A stretch of 64,000 nucleotides of DNA. It comes from Corallochytrium limacisporum Hawaii. Taxonomy: Eukaryota; Protista; Pluriformea. The DNA is taken from NCBI GenBank assembly GCA_002811645.1, contig PDIP01000036.1, positions 62,001 to 126,000 of the forward strand, in the 5' to 3' direction. Below the pieces are notes generated by a model that was not told the origin of the DNA, made no database searches, and was given only the letters and a program-made list of their open reading frames with translations. Below are positions 42,917 to 55,800 of this stretch, piece by piece. Every line of letters begins with the position of its first letter. The first letter of the stretch is position 1. The position numbers and the translations under genes were made by a program.

Positions 42917-44989
42917 ATGCCGCCCAAGCGAAGGCCGTCCGAAGCCAAGGCGGTAGCGTCGGCTACGAATGGCAAGGATAACGTTCATGTGCAGCAGTAT
43001 CAAAGGATTTGCCAGAATTTGATGAGTGATATTGAATCTTACCTTCTGAAAGGACCCCAAGACACGACTACACTACACAGTATTATGGCTGGGTTTACCC
43101 AGCTGAAGCGTGTCGCACGATCCACCACCCATGAAAACCAGGAGCATGCAAGCAAAGCTGATCAGGTCAAAGGAAATTCAGAAGCGCTTCATTTACAGCT
43201 GCAGAACCTGCAGTACGAGAAACTGCACATCCTCAAGGAGATTCATCGGTGTAAGTCCTATGTAGGGGACTACAAGTCTATTGAATTGGAAACCGTCGAC
43301 GAATTTCTGAAAAGGGCACCGGAGAACCTGCGTCCGACTGGGATCGAGAAGGATGAGCATCACTTGACGGTCAATCGCCTGGCCTGGGAGCTGCAGGAAA
43401 GGCAACGCATGTCAGCCCTGGTAGAGTCTCTGCATAAGGAAGAGAGGGATTTGGAGGGCGAAATTACGACCAAGCGTACTGACCTAGCCAAAGTGCAGCC
43501 AGATTTGCAGAGACTGGCAGACGCCGCGGCACCGCTACAAAAGAGCCTAGGTGTGCCTGTCAATCAAATGCTGGGCCGCAGTGAGGAGGCCAAGTACCTT
43601 CCGGGACCACTGTACATCCTTTACGCCCAGGCCTGCACGCATCGTGACACCTTTGACGACACCATAACAGTCAGCGTGGCAGGTGACATTGATAGGGCCA
43701 AACTGATTCGGCATAAAACTTTGCCCAGCCAGGCAGACATTTTAGCGCAACTGCAGGCCACGGCAAAGGCCGGTACTAAGGCAGTGGAGGGATCCGGAGA
43801 TGCTATGGATGAGGACGAGGATGATGACGAAGCGGAAGAGACACAGCCGCGCAAAAAGAGCAGAAAATCTCGCGGTGTTGACGATGATGAGGATGACGAG
43901 ACGTCCCCTGCCAAGTCAAAGAGCGGAGAGCGGAAATCCGAGGCGGTAACAAACCAACAACTCTTGCAGGAGGTGATCCAGGCACATCCCCTCGCAGTCC
44001 AACTACAGATCCCATTGTTCAAGGACGAAGGCAAAAAGAGCCCGGTGCTTACCCTCAGCTTCCATTATACACCTTGCCTGGAGATTCTTTCAGTTGAGAC
44101 CAGCCTCAGCGGCACTGGTCTGGATGATCTCCTACTCAAGCGACCGGCGGATGAGTTCCTGCTGTGCCTGTTCCCGGAGGACACTGGTCTAACATCACCA
44201 AATCCACTCAACGATACGTTGTTGGAGGCCCTTGGTGTGAAAGGACACCTTCAGGAGTACATTGTCAACCAGAGCCGTCCCTTCCGCTGGGCCCAGTGGC
44301 TTGGTGCGCTGGAGTTCCTCTCCCTGCCAACATCAGCCAAGACCACACGTGTCTCGCTGAGCCGACACCAGCTGGCACGGATCATTGACTTTGTCAGGTA
44401 CCGAGCTCGGGCTCGTCGGCAATTGGTGGAAGATGTGAAAGCCCTGCAAATGCACCGCATTACGGTGCCAGCCCGCATGGACAACACATCAGTCCAAGAA
44501 GTCTTCCCATTGCCCGCCAAGGCCAAGCTCAGTGCCTTCCGGCAGCTCTCGGTCATTCCAGAGTCTGTCACAGACCGGTTCGCAAGCAGCGACATTACTA
44601 GCTGTTATGAATTCACGTTCACGCGGGAAAAATTGAGCTTGCGAGGCATGGTGGTTGTGCTCATCGACCATCCGCTTCAGCCGCCGTGCTTCATCGGTCT
44701 GCAGTTGGTTGGAGACGTCCACACTCGAGAAGAGCGAGGCGATTTGGAGAACGCTTTGTCCGCGGAAGTCAATGGACACTTCAAAGATTTTATGCCGGAA
44801 TTCGAGGATCGGGTAGCTGCGCTGAGCCTACAGATGCGTCGGCTACAGATGTGTTTTGATATCTTCTTTAGCTTGGACCGGGAAGAGTCAGACTGCAAAC
44901 GCCTTAGCGTGCGCACCGCGTACGGGCGCACACGTGCTCGCCCATTCGCGTGGGATCCGACCCTGGGCCGTTTTTTGCAGAGGCCATAA
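42917..44989 (+). CDS. THOC5: THO complex subunit 5 (FMIP)
   Basis: LHLQLQNLQYEKLHILKEIHRC, HHLTVNRLAWELQERQR, YLPGPLYILY, HPL, LFPEDTG, RPFRWAQWLG, GRTRARPF. Confidence 0.93.
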   Translation: MPPKRRPSEAKAVASATNGKDNVHVQQYQRICQNLMSDIESYLLKGPQDTTTLHSIMAGFTQLKRVARSTTHENQEHASKADQVKGNSEALHLQLQNLQYEKLHILKEIHRCKSYVGDYKSIELETVDEFLKRAPENLRPTGIEKDEHHLTVNRLAWELQERQRMSALVESLHKEERDLEGEITTKRTDLAKVQPDLQRLADAAAPLQKSLGVPVNQMLGRSEEAKYLPGPLYILYAQACTHRDTFDDTITVSVAGDIDRAKLIRHKTLPSQADILAQLQATAKAGTKAVEGSGDAMDEDEDDDEAEETQPRKKSRKSRGVDDDEDDETSPAKSKSGERKSEAVTNQQLLQEVIQAHPLAVQLQIPLFKDEGKKSPVLTLSFHYTPCLEILSVETSLSGTGLDDLLLKRPADEFLLCLFPEDTGLTSPNPLNDTLLEALGVKGHLQEYIVNQSRPFRWAQWLGALEFLSLPTSAKTTRVSLSRHQLARIIDFVRYRARARRQLVEDVKALQMHRITVPARMDNTSVQEVFPLPAKAKLSAFRQLSVIPESVTDRFASSDITSCYEFTFTREKLSLRGMVVVLIDHPLQPPCFIGLQLVGDVHTREERGDLENALSAEVNGHFKDFMPEFEDRVAALSLQMRRLQMCFDIFFSLDREESDCKRLSVRTAYGRTRARPFAWDPTLGRFLQRP

Positions 44990-45040
44990 GATACTTTGAA
45001 CAGGTTCCCGGGACCCTAATTACAGACTACTGTGTTTATA

Positions 45041-45349
45041 TTACTCTATTGCGTCCAATGTCAATCTCATCGTCAAAATTGCGTTCGGAGGTACTTGCCC
45101 GGAAATGCCTTCACCGTATCCGCTTTCACTGTCGATTTGGATCTCTTTTGTCTCTCCAATATACATGCTCATGATTGCAGCGTCTACTCCGTCAATGACT
45201 TGTCCTATTCCCGCGTGATACGTCAATGTTTCTTCTCGATTCCCTGTGTACGAGGGTCCATTCGTGAGCTTACATGTGTACCGAATTGTAACTTTAGATC
45301 CCACTTTGGGGTATCGTCCTGTTGGTTGCTCTGTCATGTTTTTCTCCAT
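45041..45349 (-). CDS. Single-domain FKBP-type immunophilin (FKBP12-like, degenerate active site)
   Basis: PKVGSKVTIRYT, GIGQVIDG, MYIGE, GYG, VPPNAIL. First ATG at 45349 gives 102 aa. Confidence 0.8.
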   Translation of the reverse strand: MEKNMTEQPTGRYPKVGSKVTIRYTCKLTNGPSYTGNREETLTYHAGIGQVIDGVDAAIMSMYIGETKEIQIDSESGYGEGISGQVPPNAILTMRLTLDAIE

Positions 45350-46326
45350 GCTTAAATATCCCCTATTTTCAATGGTTAATACCGGCGAGACCTTCAAATA
45401 CCACACCACAACACAACCCTCCGCCAAACGAGACCGTATGTTCCCTAAAGCCACAGCTGGTCAACCGCCGCACAGCCCCCCCCCAACCCGCCCGTCGCCC
45501 CAGATCAGTCTTTTCAAATATATTGATTAAAAATTGTACATTAAACAATTTTTATATACTTACTTTTTCTAAATTTCCCCCGCTTCCAAGCTGTCCAGCG
45601 TGGTCGCGGTCCAGGGTTTGTGAAGCGCAGGTACGAAACCAAAAACGCAATAAAAAGGAAAATGAGAAGAATGTGCTGACCGAATTCCACCCGAGGCTAC
45701 ATCTTGGTAGTAAACATAGGACCAGATGAAACGCACAAATTCGCAATTGGTAGCCCGTTTAATCCTAAACGCAAACCGGTGCACTAGATCCGCCGCCAAC
45801 TTCGCAAATCACAAGGCATCGTTCTGAGGAAAAAGGGTTGGCCCGTCCCCTTTGAATAGCCGAAGGAAATTGCGTTGAAACGTTTTCTGGGTGTCTGGGT
45901 CTTGAGTGGGTGGTGGTGGTGGGGGTCCGCTATCTATCGCTGCGGGAGAGCCAGTGAGGTGAGGCTGCTGATCCCCAAAACTGAGACCCAAGTCGAGATT
46001 ACACCAAGTCAGGAGTCAATGCGGTTCGGCTTTATGTTGACCCGTACACATGCTGTAGACATCCAAAGACGAATAGCAAGAACTTGTGAGGCGATGAATA
46101 CTATTGTTTGATATGTACATATGCTTTATGTGGATGAACTATGCTATGCTATGGATGTGTTTGCTCCCTGTGATGAGGAGTCTTAGAACAATATACAATG
46201 GCCATGTTTCAGCATGGTCCGCAGGACCATGGATATGAGGCCCATGACAATTCTTTAAGGATAAGTGCAACCGTCGGGTGTTCCCGTGACGGATAACTGA
46301 TTACTTTTTGATACTTCCGGACACGT

Positions 46327-46830
46327 TTATCCAGGGAGCTTGAAGAAGTGCAGGTTCTGGATGGACTCCTTGTGAACCTCCATCTCGGTCAGCTTATAGC
46401 GGATCAGCTCCTCGCGAATGTTCAGAAGTTCAGCAAGCGGGCGGCGCTTCTTCACGATAGTGCGGTTGTAGTCACGGGGACTGTGTGTGTACTCCTCAAA
46501 CTGCATGTTGTTGAAGCTAACTGACTTCTTGGGGCGCTGCTCCCGATCAGCCTCGGCAAGAATGCCACGCAAGTCAGCCTGAGAGTTAGCGCGCATAGAC
46601 TCGCGCAAGGAGCAGCGAGTAATGGGCTCCTCGAACTCTACAGCAATAGCAATCTCAGCCTCTTGAAGGTGAGAGATATCACTCATGGACAGAGACTTCT
46701 TGCGCTGAGCAGCGAGGCTATTCAGGTTCTCAGCCGAGCCATGAGGGCTAGCGACTGGACTGGCGACGGTCTTAGAGCGTGCCAGAGGCAGAGGAGGAAT
46801 GGCTCCGATGGTCTCCTGTTGAGGCGGCAT
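46327..46830 (-). CDS. Small PP1-binding protein with a Phactr/Bni4/neurabin-type C-terminal domain
   Basis: RVxF motif KKSVSF, then THSPRDYNR and IREELIRYKLTEMEVHKESIQNLHF, matching the Phactr C-terminus IRKELNEFKSTEMEVHELS. Confidence 0.8.
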   Translation of the reverse strand: MPPQQETIGAIPPLPLARSKTVASPVASPHGSAENLNSLAAQRKKSLSMSDISHLQEAEIAIAVEFEEPITRCSLRESMRANSQADLRGILAEADREQRPKKSVSFNNMQFEEYTHSPRDYNRTIVKKRRPLAELLNIREELIRYKLTEMEVHKESIQNLHFFKLPG

Positions 46831-49800
46831 GTTGTCTGTGTTAATGTGTATGGTCTACCCGAGTAGTTTGGCCGTAAAGGTATGGGCTTCGATATGCGAT
46901 GGCTTTTGAATACCTGAACGAAATGATCGGCTGTTATCACTGGAGATTCAATCCTATGTATACCTGTTCGTGACACGTCCGAACAAGAGACCGGCCTGCA
47001 TCGACGGCTCGCGAATCCGAACACGGACGGGACCTGCACTCGCCTCCCTTTATCGCTGACATATTGTCAAAACGACAAATGAACCTTAATCGCATTCTAT
47101 CCTGCTTGTCGACATACCCACCACTACCACAAGGCTCGCTCGCTCGGCAGAACCCGGTACATTTTCAACCACCGCTCCAAGTGAGCACTCCCTCTCCCCC
47201 CTTAAACCGGTGCATACTTTCAGTACTGCATCCTTGCCTTTCCTTATTTGCTCGGCCGTGCTTTCTCCCCCTTTCCCCCTCTTTTCATTTGCAATCGGGG
47301 CTTTCCCCCCCCGCCTCTTCCGTCCGCTCTGGTCCTCTCCCCCTTCTCCCCCTCCCCCTCCCTCTTGCCCTGTGATCCTTTCTGACATTGACCTGTTGTG
47401 CTATAGACAAATTGTTCCTTCAAACTCAAAGTAAGGAATCCCCAATGAACGCCGTTCTCTGTTCTTCCATTCCTTTTTTTGGTCCAAGACGGACTGGCTG
47501 GGGGGGGGGGGAGAGGAAGGAGGGGAGAGCGACACAGAGAAAACAGAATTCATATACTTTGACTACTAGGCCGACCATTCGGGTTCAAAACGGCTTACTT
47601 TTGGACACAAAGGATGACACACTGTATCTCCCCCTTTCCCCGCGGTTCTCTCTCTTCCCCCCCCTCGGGGGCGGGGGTGTCGGGACGGATCGTTTACCCC
47701 CCCTTTCCCCCTCTGCCTTGGGGCGGAGGGGTTCTCTTTTTTTTTTGTGGTCCCCGATGGAAAGAGAAAGGTGTGCTCAAGTCAAAAAATATCACACAGC
47801 TCGGTCTGGCCTCCCAATCTCTGGAGCGCCGTACTCTAGGTACATTTATATCAGAAGAACAAGCAGTTTAAGCGTGGAAGTTTCAAATTTTGCAAACCGA
47901 AATTAAAGCCTAAGAAAATTAGCTCCAGGACAGTGTGGGCACGGGAAGTACTACAAGTGTCAAGACTATGAAGAAAATATCTTTTTTTTTTGGTTTAGAA
48001 GACTCTTGTCTTCACGGCATCCACGCTTGGCCGGGCCAACTCAAACGCATTAACACAATTTGCACATGTACACCCCTGGGCCTCTCTTGCATCGTACGGT
48101 GTATCCATATATTTACTATACATATTGGGATATCTGTACATAGGAACATCCAGGCAACCAATACCGGCCCCAGTGGCTATATAGGGTCCTGAGCGGGCTC
48201 ACTAGTATATTATTGTTGACAATTGGGTGTCATTTTCCGATCAGAACCAAATTGAGATGTATAGTTTTTCTCCTATGTTCTCTATGCGACCCACCAATTT
48301 CTTTATCGCGGTGTGAAGGTGATAAATTTTTCCCTCACTCAAGCCTGTTTGTTGTTGCCATCTATCCTATAGCTTATTACGGTCATTACACGTCAAAGAG
48401 AAGAACGTCTTGGTGTTGTTTTTTGCCATCGTTCACGGGCGGCGACCAAACGCAGTCAGACGGTTGGGCGACACACATCCTACACCAGAGGGCTTCAAAA
48501 CCACTGTCTATTTTGTATGGAGCAAGACTTTGTATTTCTGATGTGCAGTGCACGAGAGGCGCGACCGACGAAAGCGAACTGGAGACATAGTTGTAAATGT
48601 TTGCGCGCGCCACCGATTAGTGGTATGGCCTCACTGTATTTCCAGTGCCAAAAAAGCTGACATGCACCAGAGGCTGATACCAATTACAGAAAGATATTTT
48701 CAATGACTCTGCAGGAAATTTTCCTTCCGTGTCCCCCCTGCGCTTTGCCTGTGTCAACGTAAACACCACATCGTTCCTGCTAAGTAAGGAAACTGTGCAA
48801 GAGGGGAGTGAGCGGTTAAAAGTTACTGACAGTTCAGCAATTGACTGAGTTCTAAAATGGGAACCAAGGGCTCGATCAGCTGAGAGGATGTGTAAATATA
48901 CATAAATAATTAACACAATGTACAGTTGAAATGCCTCAGTTTATGGCCACAGTAGGTACTTGCTGCGTAATTTTCGGTCCTGAAAGTTCGTCCAGTTGCC
49001 AGCAAGGGTAGCTCAGCATTAGGGGATCTAAGAACGAAATTAGGAGCAAACGGCAGATGACGGCCTAATGCGGTTCAATAGTAAATATACTGAAAACTAA
49101 TAGCAGAGTTTGCCCATGCCTGTTTTACTTTCTGAACAGTCCACGGGACTGGTGGCTACGCACACACACGATCAAATCAAGAGACCTCTTTTGCGAGCCG
49201 TCCACTGGGACACGTCCGTTGGGGGCTGGTTCCCTTTTTGATTTGTATTTCTGCGATGCGATGCGATGCCTACTCACCAGCCAGAAAGTCGTAGGCAGAC
49301 CCACGCTTGGCCGAGTAAGACTCCTCACCGTACACCCACGGTAGACACAATAGCCTACCCACTCGGTAGCGGCCCCAAGCCATTTGAGACTCCAGAAAAA
49401 ACGGGGTGTGGCGTTGAGTCCACGCTACCTGTTCATTTGCACACTGTGATTCCACTCGTTACCCTAGCGCAAATTGCGTTTCAGTGAAAAGAAATTAGTT
49501 GAGGACAATGCACTCTCCAAGTTACTTACGCATGGAATTTGTGAAGATTTTATGATCAGAATTTCTAGCAGGTCCTTGTGCTCGCTCGGCATCGCAAACT
49601 CCAATGCCTGGAGACCAGACCAGGACTCTTCTTTTCCAAGGAGCAAGAGGCATAAGACTGTTCGTGTGTGGCAATATACTCGTCCCTACACGGTTAGCGC
49701 GAATTCAATCGCTCTCCGTTGAATTCGCGTGGAACGCAGAAGAAACACGCGGAGATTCGAAAAAGTCTCTTTCTAAAACTATTGGTACTAGGCAAACGCA

Positions 49801-52800
49801 GCTGTTATCTGAACAAACTGGTAGTAATAGTCCGGCTGCTGTGGGTACAGAAGCCCTAGAACGAACCATCGTAGCTTCCGGGCGGGGTTACATGTCATAG
49901 GTTACCTTCAGCATGCCGACTATGAAAACATCGTTGGGTACTTGGGACAAAATATCGACAACCCGTGGGGCATTGTGGCCTCAAAACCCATTCGATCATC
50001 TCTCCGCAGGTTGGGGGATTTCGTCAACTGTTACCTGCAGGAACACACCGCAAAAAATGGAAAAGAGCTCAAAACCGCACAAGAACTGGGGAGGCTCTTT
50101 GTGCCCTCTGTACCTGCCGTCGCAGATGGTGTCTTTTATCACTTCTTATTGTACACATGCAGGACGAGACGCTTACGAATACCTTCTGGCATGTACTTCT
50201 GCAGGACAGATGTCTCATTTCATGGTCCCTTGGACGAGCAGTATCGGGATCAGTAACTATACAGCGCAGGCACGGACACCGGTTGCTAAATCAGCACGCC
50301 GACCCTCGCCACACACACACACACACATCCCCCACCGTTCTTGAAATTAATTTTTGCATCTCTGTTATCTCTATATACTTATTGCATTTTAATTTAAGCA
50401 GCGATTGGGGACCAATCAATGAAAATTTGTGTAAAACGTCGCACGGCCATAATATAATCACGGCGCGGGACCCATGGCTCTCCTAAGCTTTCAACAGGAA
50501 CGAAAGTATGTGGAGAGTAGGAAAACACAGGAGTCAATGCCCCCTATTCGTTTCTCCGATGATCCTCGTTACTATACATAATGTACGGCGAAATCGAAAC
50601 AGCGGGGTGGGAGATTATGTATCTTCAGCTCCCTATTACCGGTAATATACCGCAGTGGGCGTGCGGAGCCTTCTACTAATTCCCACTGATAGCAACTTTC
50701 AGTAGTGAATGTATGGTGATAGTCCTTACTCAGTTGGGAAGGCCGCTTACCCAAAACGGTCCTAGGTGGAATGGAAACGGTTCTGCCCGCCCCCTCCGCG
50801 TCAGTACCAAGTACTCAATGCACCGCAAAATTATCTTTCCCTAGTCGAAAACCCGCCGCGAATATTAAGCGTTAAAAATTTACTTCAGTTCATCGGAATG
50901 GGCAAGGCAAGCGAGGCACGCCAACCACCGAATGACCCGAGGATGAAATCAAGAGCGGCGCCCTCGCAAATCTTCGCGGCTCAACTTCTGTCATCCCGAA
51001 TTCGATTCCCATATGCAAGTGTGTTCTATTTTTTCCTTGCAATTCTAAGGTAACAGTGCCACACAAAAAATAGAAATCAATCGCAGCAACCATGTATTTG
51101 GCACAGCACTTCAATGATTTTCCCGATCGGGACTACCTTTCGACTAGGTCGGAAAGACTTCCCTTGAAAATACTCCCGTGAAGAGCACTGGTCTCCACTC
51201 CTCTCTTAGTTTTTTTTTGGCTACGGTTGCACGCAGGAGAGTGGTAGGTAGTGCGAGCGATAGCTTCTTCGTTTCTCAGAATCTGGACAAGAGTGATCTA
51301 TGAAATGGAAAGAAAATAAACAAAAAGAGACACCAAAGGGACACGTAACAACCCTTTCCCGTGTGAGTGTTTCGCCGCCCTAGGCTTGAATTAGTGGATA
51401 GTTTCATTACCTACGAATTAATTCTAGATCGAGGGCTGGTAATCAAGCCCGGCAGTAGGTCATGTGGTTCGCAAAACAGCCCACTCCTCTCCGGTGTCTC
51501 GTTTTGCTATCAATTCAGTTTGGATAGGAAACACCATGCCTTTTACAACAAGGAACCCCGAAGAAGCACAACTAGAGTCCCTAATCGATGCTCCAACGAA
51601 GTACCGGATGCGATCATCGGCAAGAATCATGAGTAAAGCAAATCGCATGTCTCTTGACATCAATCCTCGGGAGTGCCATGTGTGATCATGTTCAGACATG
51701 CAAGTAGTAATCACACAGGAGCATAGACCGCGTAGATACTTACAGCTACGCAAATTCCAGAGCGATTGAGAGGAAATCTCTTAACACGTTTAGTTCGGCC
51801 GGAGAGCTAGAGGATCTGAGGCCCACGTTTGCATCAACATGCATAACGAAGACCAGACCCGTGTTCTTTCTTGTTTCTTCATCGATTCTTTAAGCGTGTT
51901 TAGTGCTCAGGGAGGAGATCGCGTAACAAACGGAATACCAGTTCTCATACATGGTGGTAGGTCCAAGAACAGTCATTGTACATGCAAAGATGCCCACCCA
52001 GCTGTTTGACAATGAGGAAGGTGTCAGAAGGAACGACAGTGATAATTAATACAAGCGACTGATCACATTTGCGATGCCTACGTTGTGAGCTCTTCGTGTA
52101 GGTGCCCGAGCAAGGAACATGCTCCAAGCATGGTAGATATTCTGCGACGGTTAATGAAAAACAGCATGTGTGGTTTTGCACCGACGACGATTCGACACTG
52201 TTTTCTCTCAAATTTACTCGCCCAAGAGACCGCAGGGCAGGGGCACTTCGTAGCAGACATGACCTGACGGCTCAGGAGGTTGCCCAGTGGCAAGCGAACA
52301 TCCATCAGCAAAAACGTATCCAGTCCTTTATTTGATTACCGGCGACATACCATGTGAGACTCCTTTTCGAGTCGATGGATGACCCATTTTAGCTGCAAAG
52401 GTAACGGGTGTCTTCATTTCGGTGATGGGGGTGGGGGAATGAAGAAAAACGAGAGGCATAGGTACCTATGTTATCTATGTGTTCACCCTCTGTGTTTACC
52501 CGGCAGCGTGCGTACTGGTTGGGAAGGACGAACGAACGGGGGCAGGTAACCGGCGGTGTTGCCTAAAATGTGATATAGAATTATACAGTTCCCTAGGGAT
52601 CTGCAGTGAACTTACAACCGGCCCAGCTGAGTGTCCGTCCAACCATAATTGATATCATCCACGACGTTCTCCTCGTTGAACTTCGAAAAATAGAGATCCA
52701 TTTGCTTTGACTCAGAATAGCCAAATTGAGATCTTTGATGGTTCTCAATTTTTCGTAAAGGCAACTCTATCCGTGCTCACGAACGGCTGCAATTTCTTGG

Positions 52801-55800
52801 TTGCGGATTGCCATGGCCAAAGTGGGTCAAAACCGGTTGTGGCCCGAGTTTTCGGATTTCCATGGTGAATATATACCGTGTCCGCACCGTGTTTCCCTGA
52901 CCCTGTGTATTTTTTGACCTCCCTGGTGGTTTGGGTATATTGCCGTCTTTTGCATGGCCCAACCAGGACCAAACACAGACGAAAAGGATAGTAAGAGGAG
53001 TCGAAAAATATGTGGTGCAGATCTGGAGGTAAACCTGTTGTGCGTCAATGGCTCGAGCGGCAAGAAATAGGAACCGGGCCTACAAGGCTGGGGTATAATC
53101 GCATAGCATCGGGGGAAGAGAGAAGGGGGGGCGCTGAAAGATACTGGAGGGCGAATTCCAGGAACATTGCGCAGTAGGGCTCTCGCTATCACCGTGCAGG
53201 CCCTGGATCCTCGATCAGCGAGCAAGGCGATGATCGTGGACAGCCATGATTGCGAGCCGGTTTGTCGTTTATCATACATCAACAGCCAATAAAATCATAA
53301 GAAAGAGCCAACATTTGCTATACTTGCGAACAAATTCCTGAACCAGAACCGATTGCATTCGTCATGGTACCATGTTAGAGATTTCTCTGTTCACAGGCGA
53401 TTGATGCTCTGGTATGTCCGCGGCAATTGTGGAAAGACCGAACAGTGCGTTGCGCTGGCCAGATTTGGGCACTACTCCATTTCGAACATACCCCTCTCAT
53501 TCCGTGGGGTAGCCATTGCGGCAACCAGCTTCACGGCTCGAATCGACGGACGGAGTGATCGGGTTGGCTTTTTGAGAGACATATCTTGAGACATTCCACA
53601 GACGGGCTGTGAAGAGATGTGGAACCCGTACGAGATCAGCACACTACATTCCCTGTGCGCACCCGATTCGTGATGCTGGTTCACGCAGAAGGTAACCTGA
53701 ACACGGAAACAAAACGCACATGCAGACACCTCGAACCAAACTTCGCTTTATCTAATCCCCTTCATTTCGCAACTCCATGCAGTGATGAACGAGGCTCTAT
53801 GAACGCCGAAAGCTTACCATCGGACTCGTTTCACCTCACGGTCCAATCACCTTGGTCAAAAGCAGTGCTCGAGAGCGGTAGGCGGGTAGCGAGCAGCTAC
53901 CAACTGATTGTGGGGTACGATACTGAGGGAGTACGACGGTTGAGGACAAATACCAGTGGGCGTAAAAAAGTTCGGTTTGCCGCTCGCGAAGGTGGACTTT
54001 GGTCTCACAAGACGGGTGATACGCGTATCGCATATGCACAATTGTATGGCCGACAACTTACGGACGTGCTGCTCTGGTACATATGTGGCATACGAGCAGT
54101 TCCCAGACAAAGTTATTGGTGCAGTGGATAGTTTGTTTCCAATTGGAGTTTTATATCCCTCCGCTTTCCTAAATTGGAGGCAGGTGGCTTAGTGCCTCCT
54201 CCCGATCATTCTTCTTCGTGATTTTTGATATGGGGGATTGTGAAGTAGAAGGGACGAAGTCGGAGAGCTTGTTTTGAGAACCTTCGTCTATGTCACTGAC
54301 AATCAGCTGGCAATATCCCCCGCCGTTTATAAACAATATGGACCAGACATACGCTCCCATCAAATGCATTCATCAACATCAGCTTGCTTCCATGAGATGA
54401 CTAACTACAGCACGCAGAGTCCAACCTCACTGGACGCGAGAGGGAGTTTCCTTTTTTTAAAACTATCGACAACGGAGTGGTAGGTCTTGGCCAGCAAAAA
54501 ATCAACGAGGCCTGCCTATGAATAGAGCGCGGCAGAGTCGCAAAGAGTAAACACAATGAGCATCCAAAGACACATGTCGCATGTGGTTGGTCACGACAAA
54601 CACTTCCAGTGAACTTCCCGCACCCACAAACGAACGAACTAGTGGTGCTCATAAAACTGTTACATGTGGCTTAGTGGCAACCCAATGGGAAGAACGGACT
54701 TGCAAAGCAACGAGGCTAAGAGCACTGGTCGTCAGATGACCTCCTTCTAAATAACCACACTCAGCACGGGCGGACTGCGCATGGGTCGGGCATCATACAC
54801 AAATTCGGCATGCTTCGGCCATTGACGGCCATTGACAACACGCTGGATGCACTGCTGGCGACACGATCAACCACAAAGCAATACGGGGCCGCAAGCAATC
54901 ATATCGGGACAACGCCGGCAAAATGCAGTTTATTGTATACTCCTCGCGGCATCCAAGGTATGGCATCGTAAAACGGGCCTCTCACTTTCATGTAACCAAG
55001 TGGCAGCAGCATTTTGATGCGCCCTCCTCCCCTCTCTGCCCAGCCTGTTCGGATTCTGGGTTTCTCTAATCTGCGTTCTTCGGTTCTCTTTGGGTCCCCC
55101 TCTGGTGATTGCTGCTAGCCAACAACAGTAGCAACAGTACGCCCCGCCCCTGCGGAGGGGAATTGCGGGACGGACACCTTCCCGAAGAAGGATATGTTAG
55201 TGCGTGCGCTAGCAGCATGCGACGAATTAGTCCTCAAAACTTGGTTCGGTGTTGATCGTAGATGCCGGAGGCGGATGTTTGCTCCTCTACCGCACAAAGG
55301 GCAGCTCCTTCCCCTTATCTTTGTGTATGTGTCTTTATCACAAGGAAACAGCGGATTCTGCAACACCCGCGCTCTAGCTCGCGTCCCCTTTTTTCCGGCC
55401 GGTATCGATGGATGGGGTGCGATACCAACCCTGCGCCTCAGTCGCGCAGAGACACTGTGGAGGCCCCGGGCACCCACTCCCTCCGCTCCGGAAAGTTGCC
55501 AGTGGCGGGGAACCCGGGGTACAAAACCTTTCAAAAAGTATTATTGTGTTATACACAAGAATGTATTTGTCGAAGAAAGGATTTGACAAGGATCCATCAT
55601 CGGTATCGGTACTTCGAAGAGACGGCCCTCACATGAGCAAAGTTTGTCGCTTACCGGGCCGGTATATCTTTTTGGTCTTCGTAGAACTCTACTTTGCTAG
55701 GGCGGACGCAATCTTCGCAATGGAATCCCGCACTCGTCCCCTGCCTTGGTGTGGGTGTGCGCAAGCATCGGATAAGCAGCCATCCAAATGTATACACGTT

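Noticed and set aside
53619-54131. 170-aa ORF containing RKKVRF (RVxF-like)
   Set aside because: Non-ATG start, no other coding features, and the motif is short enough to be chance.
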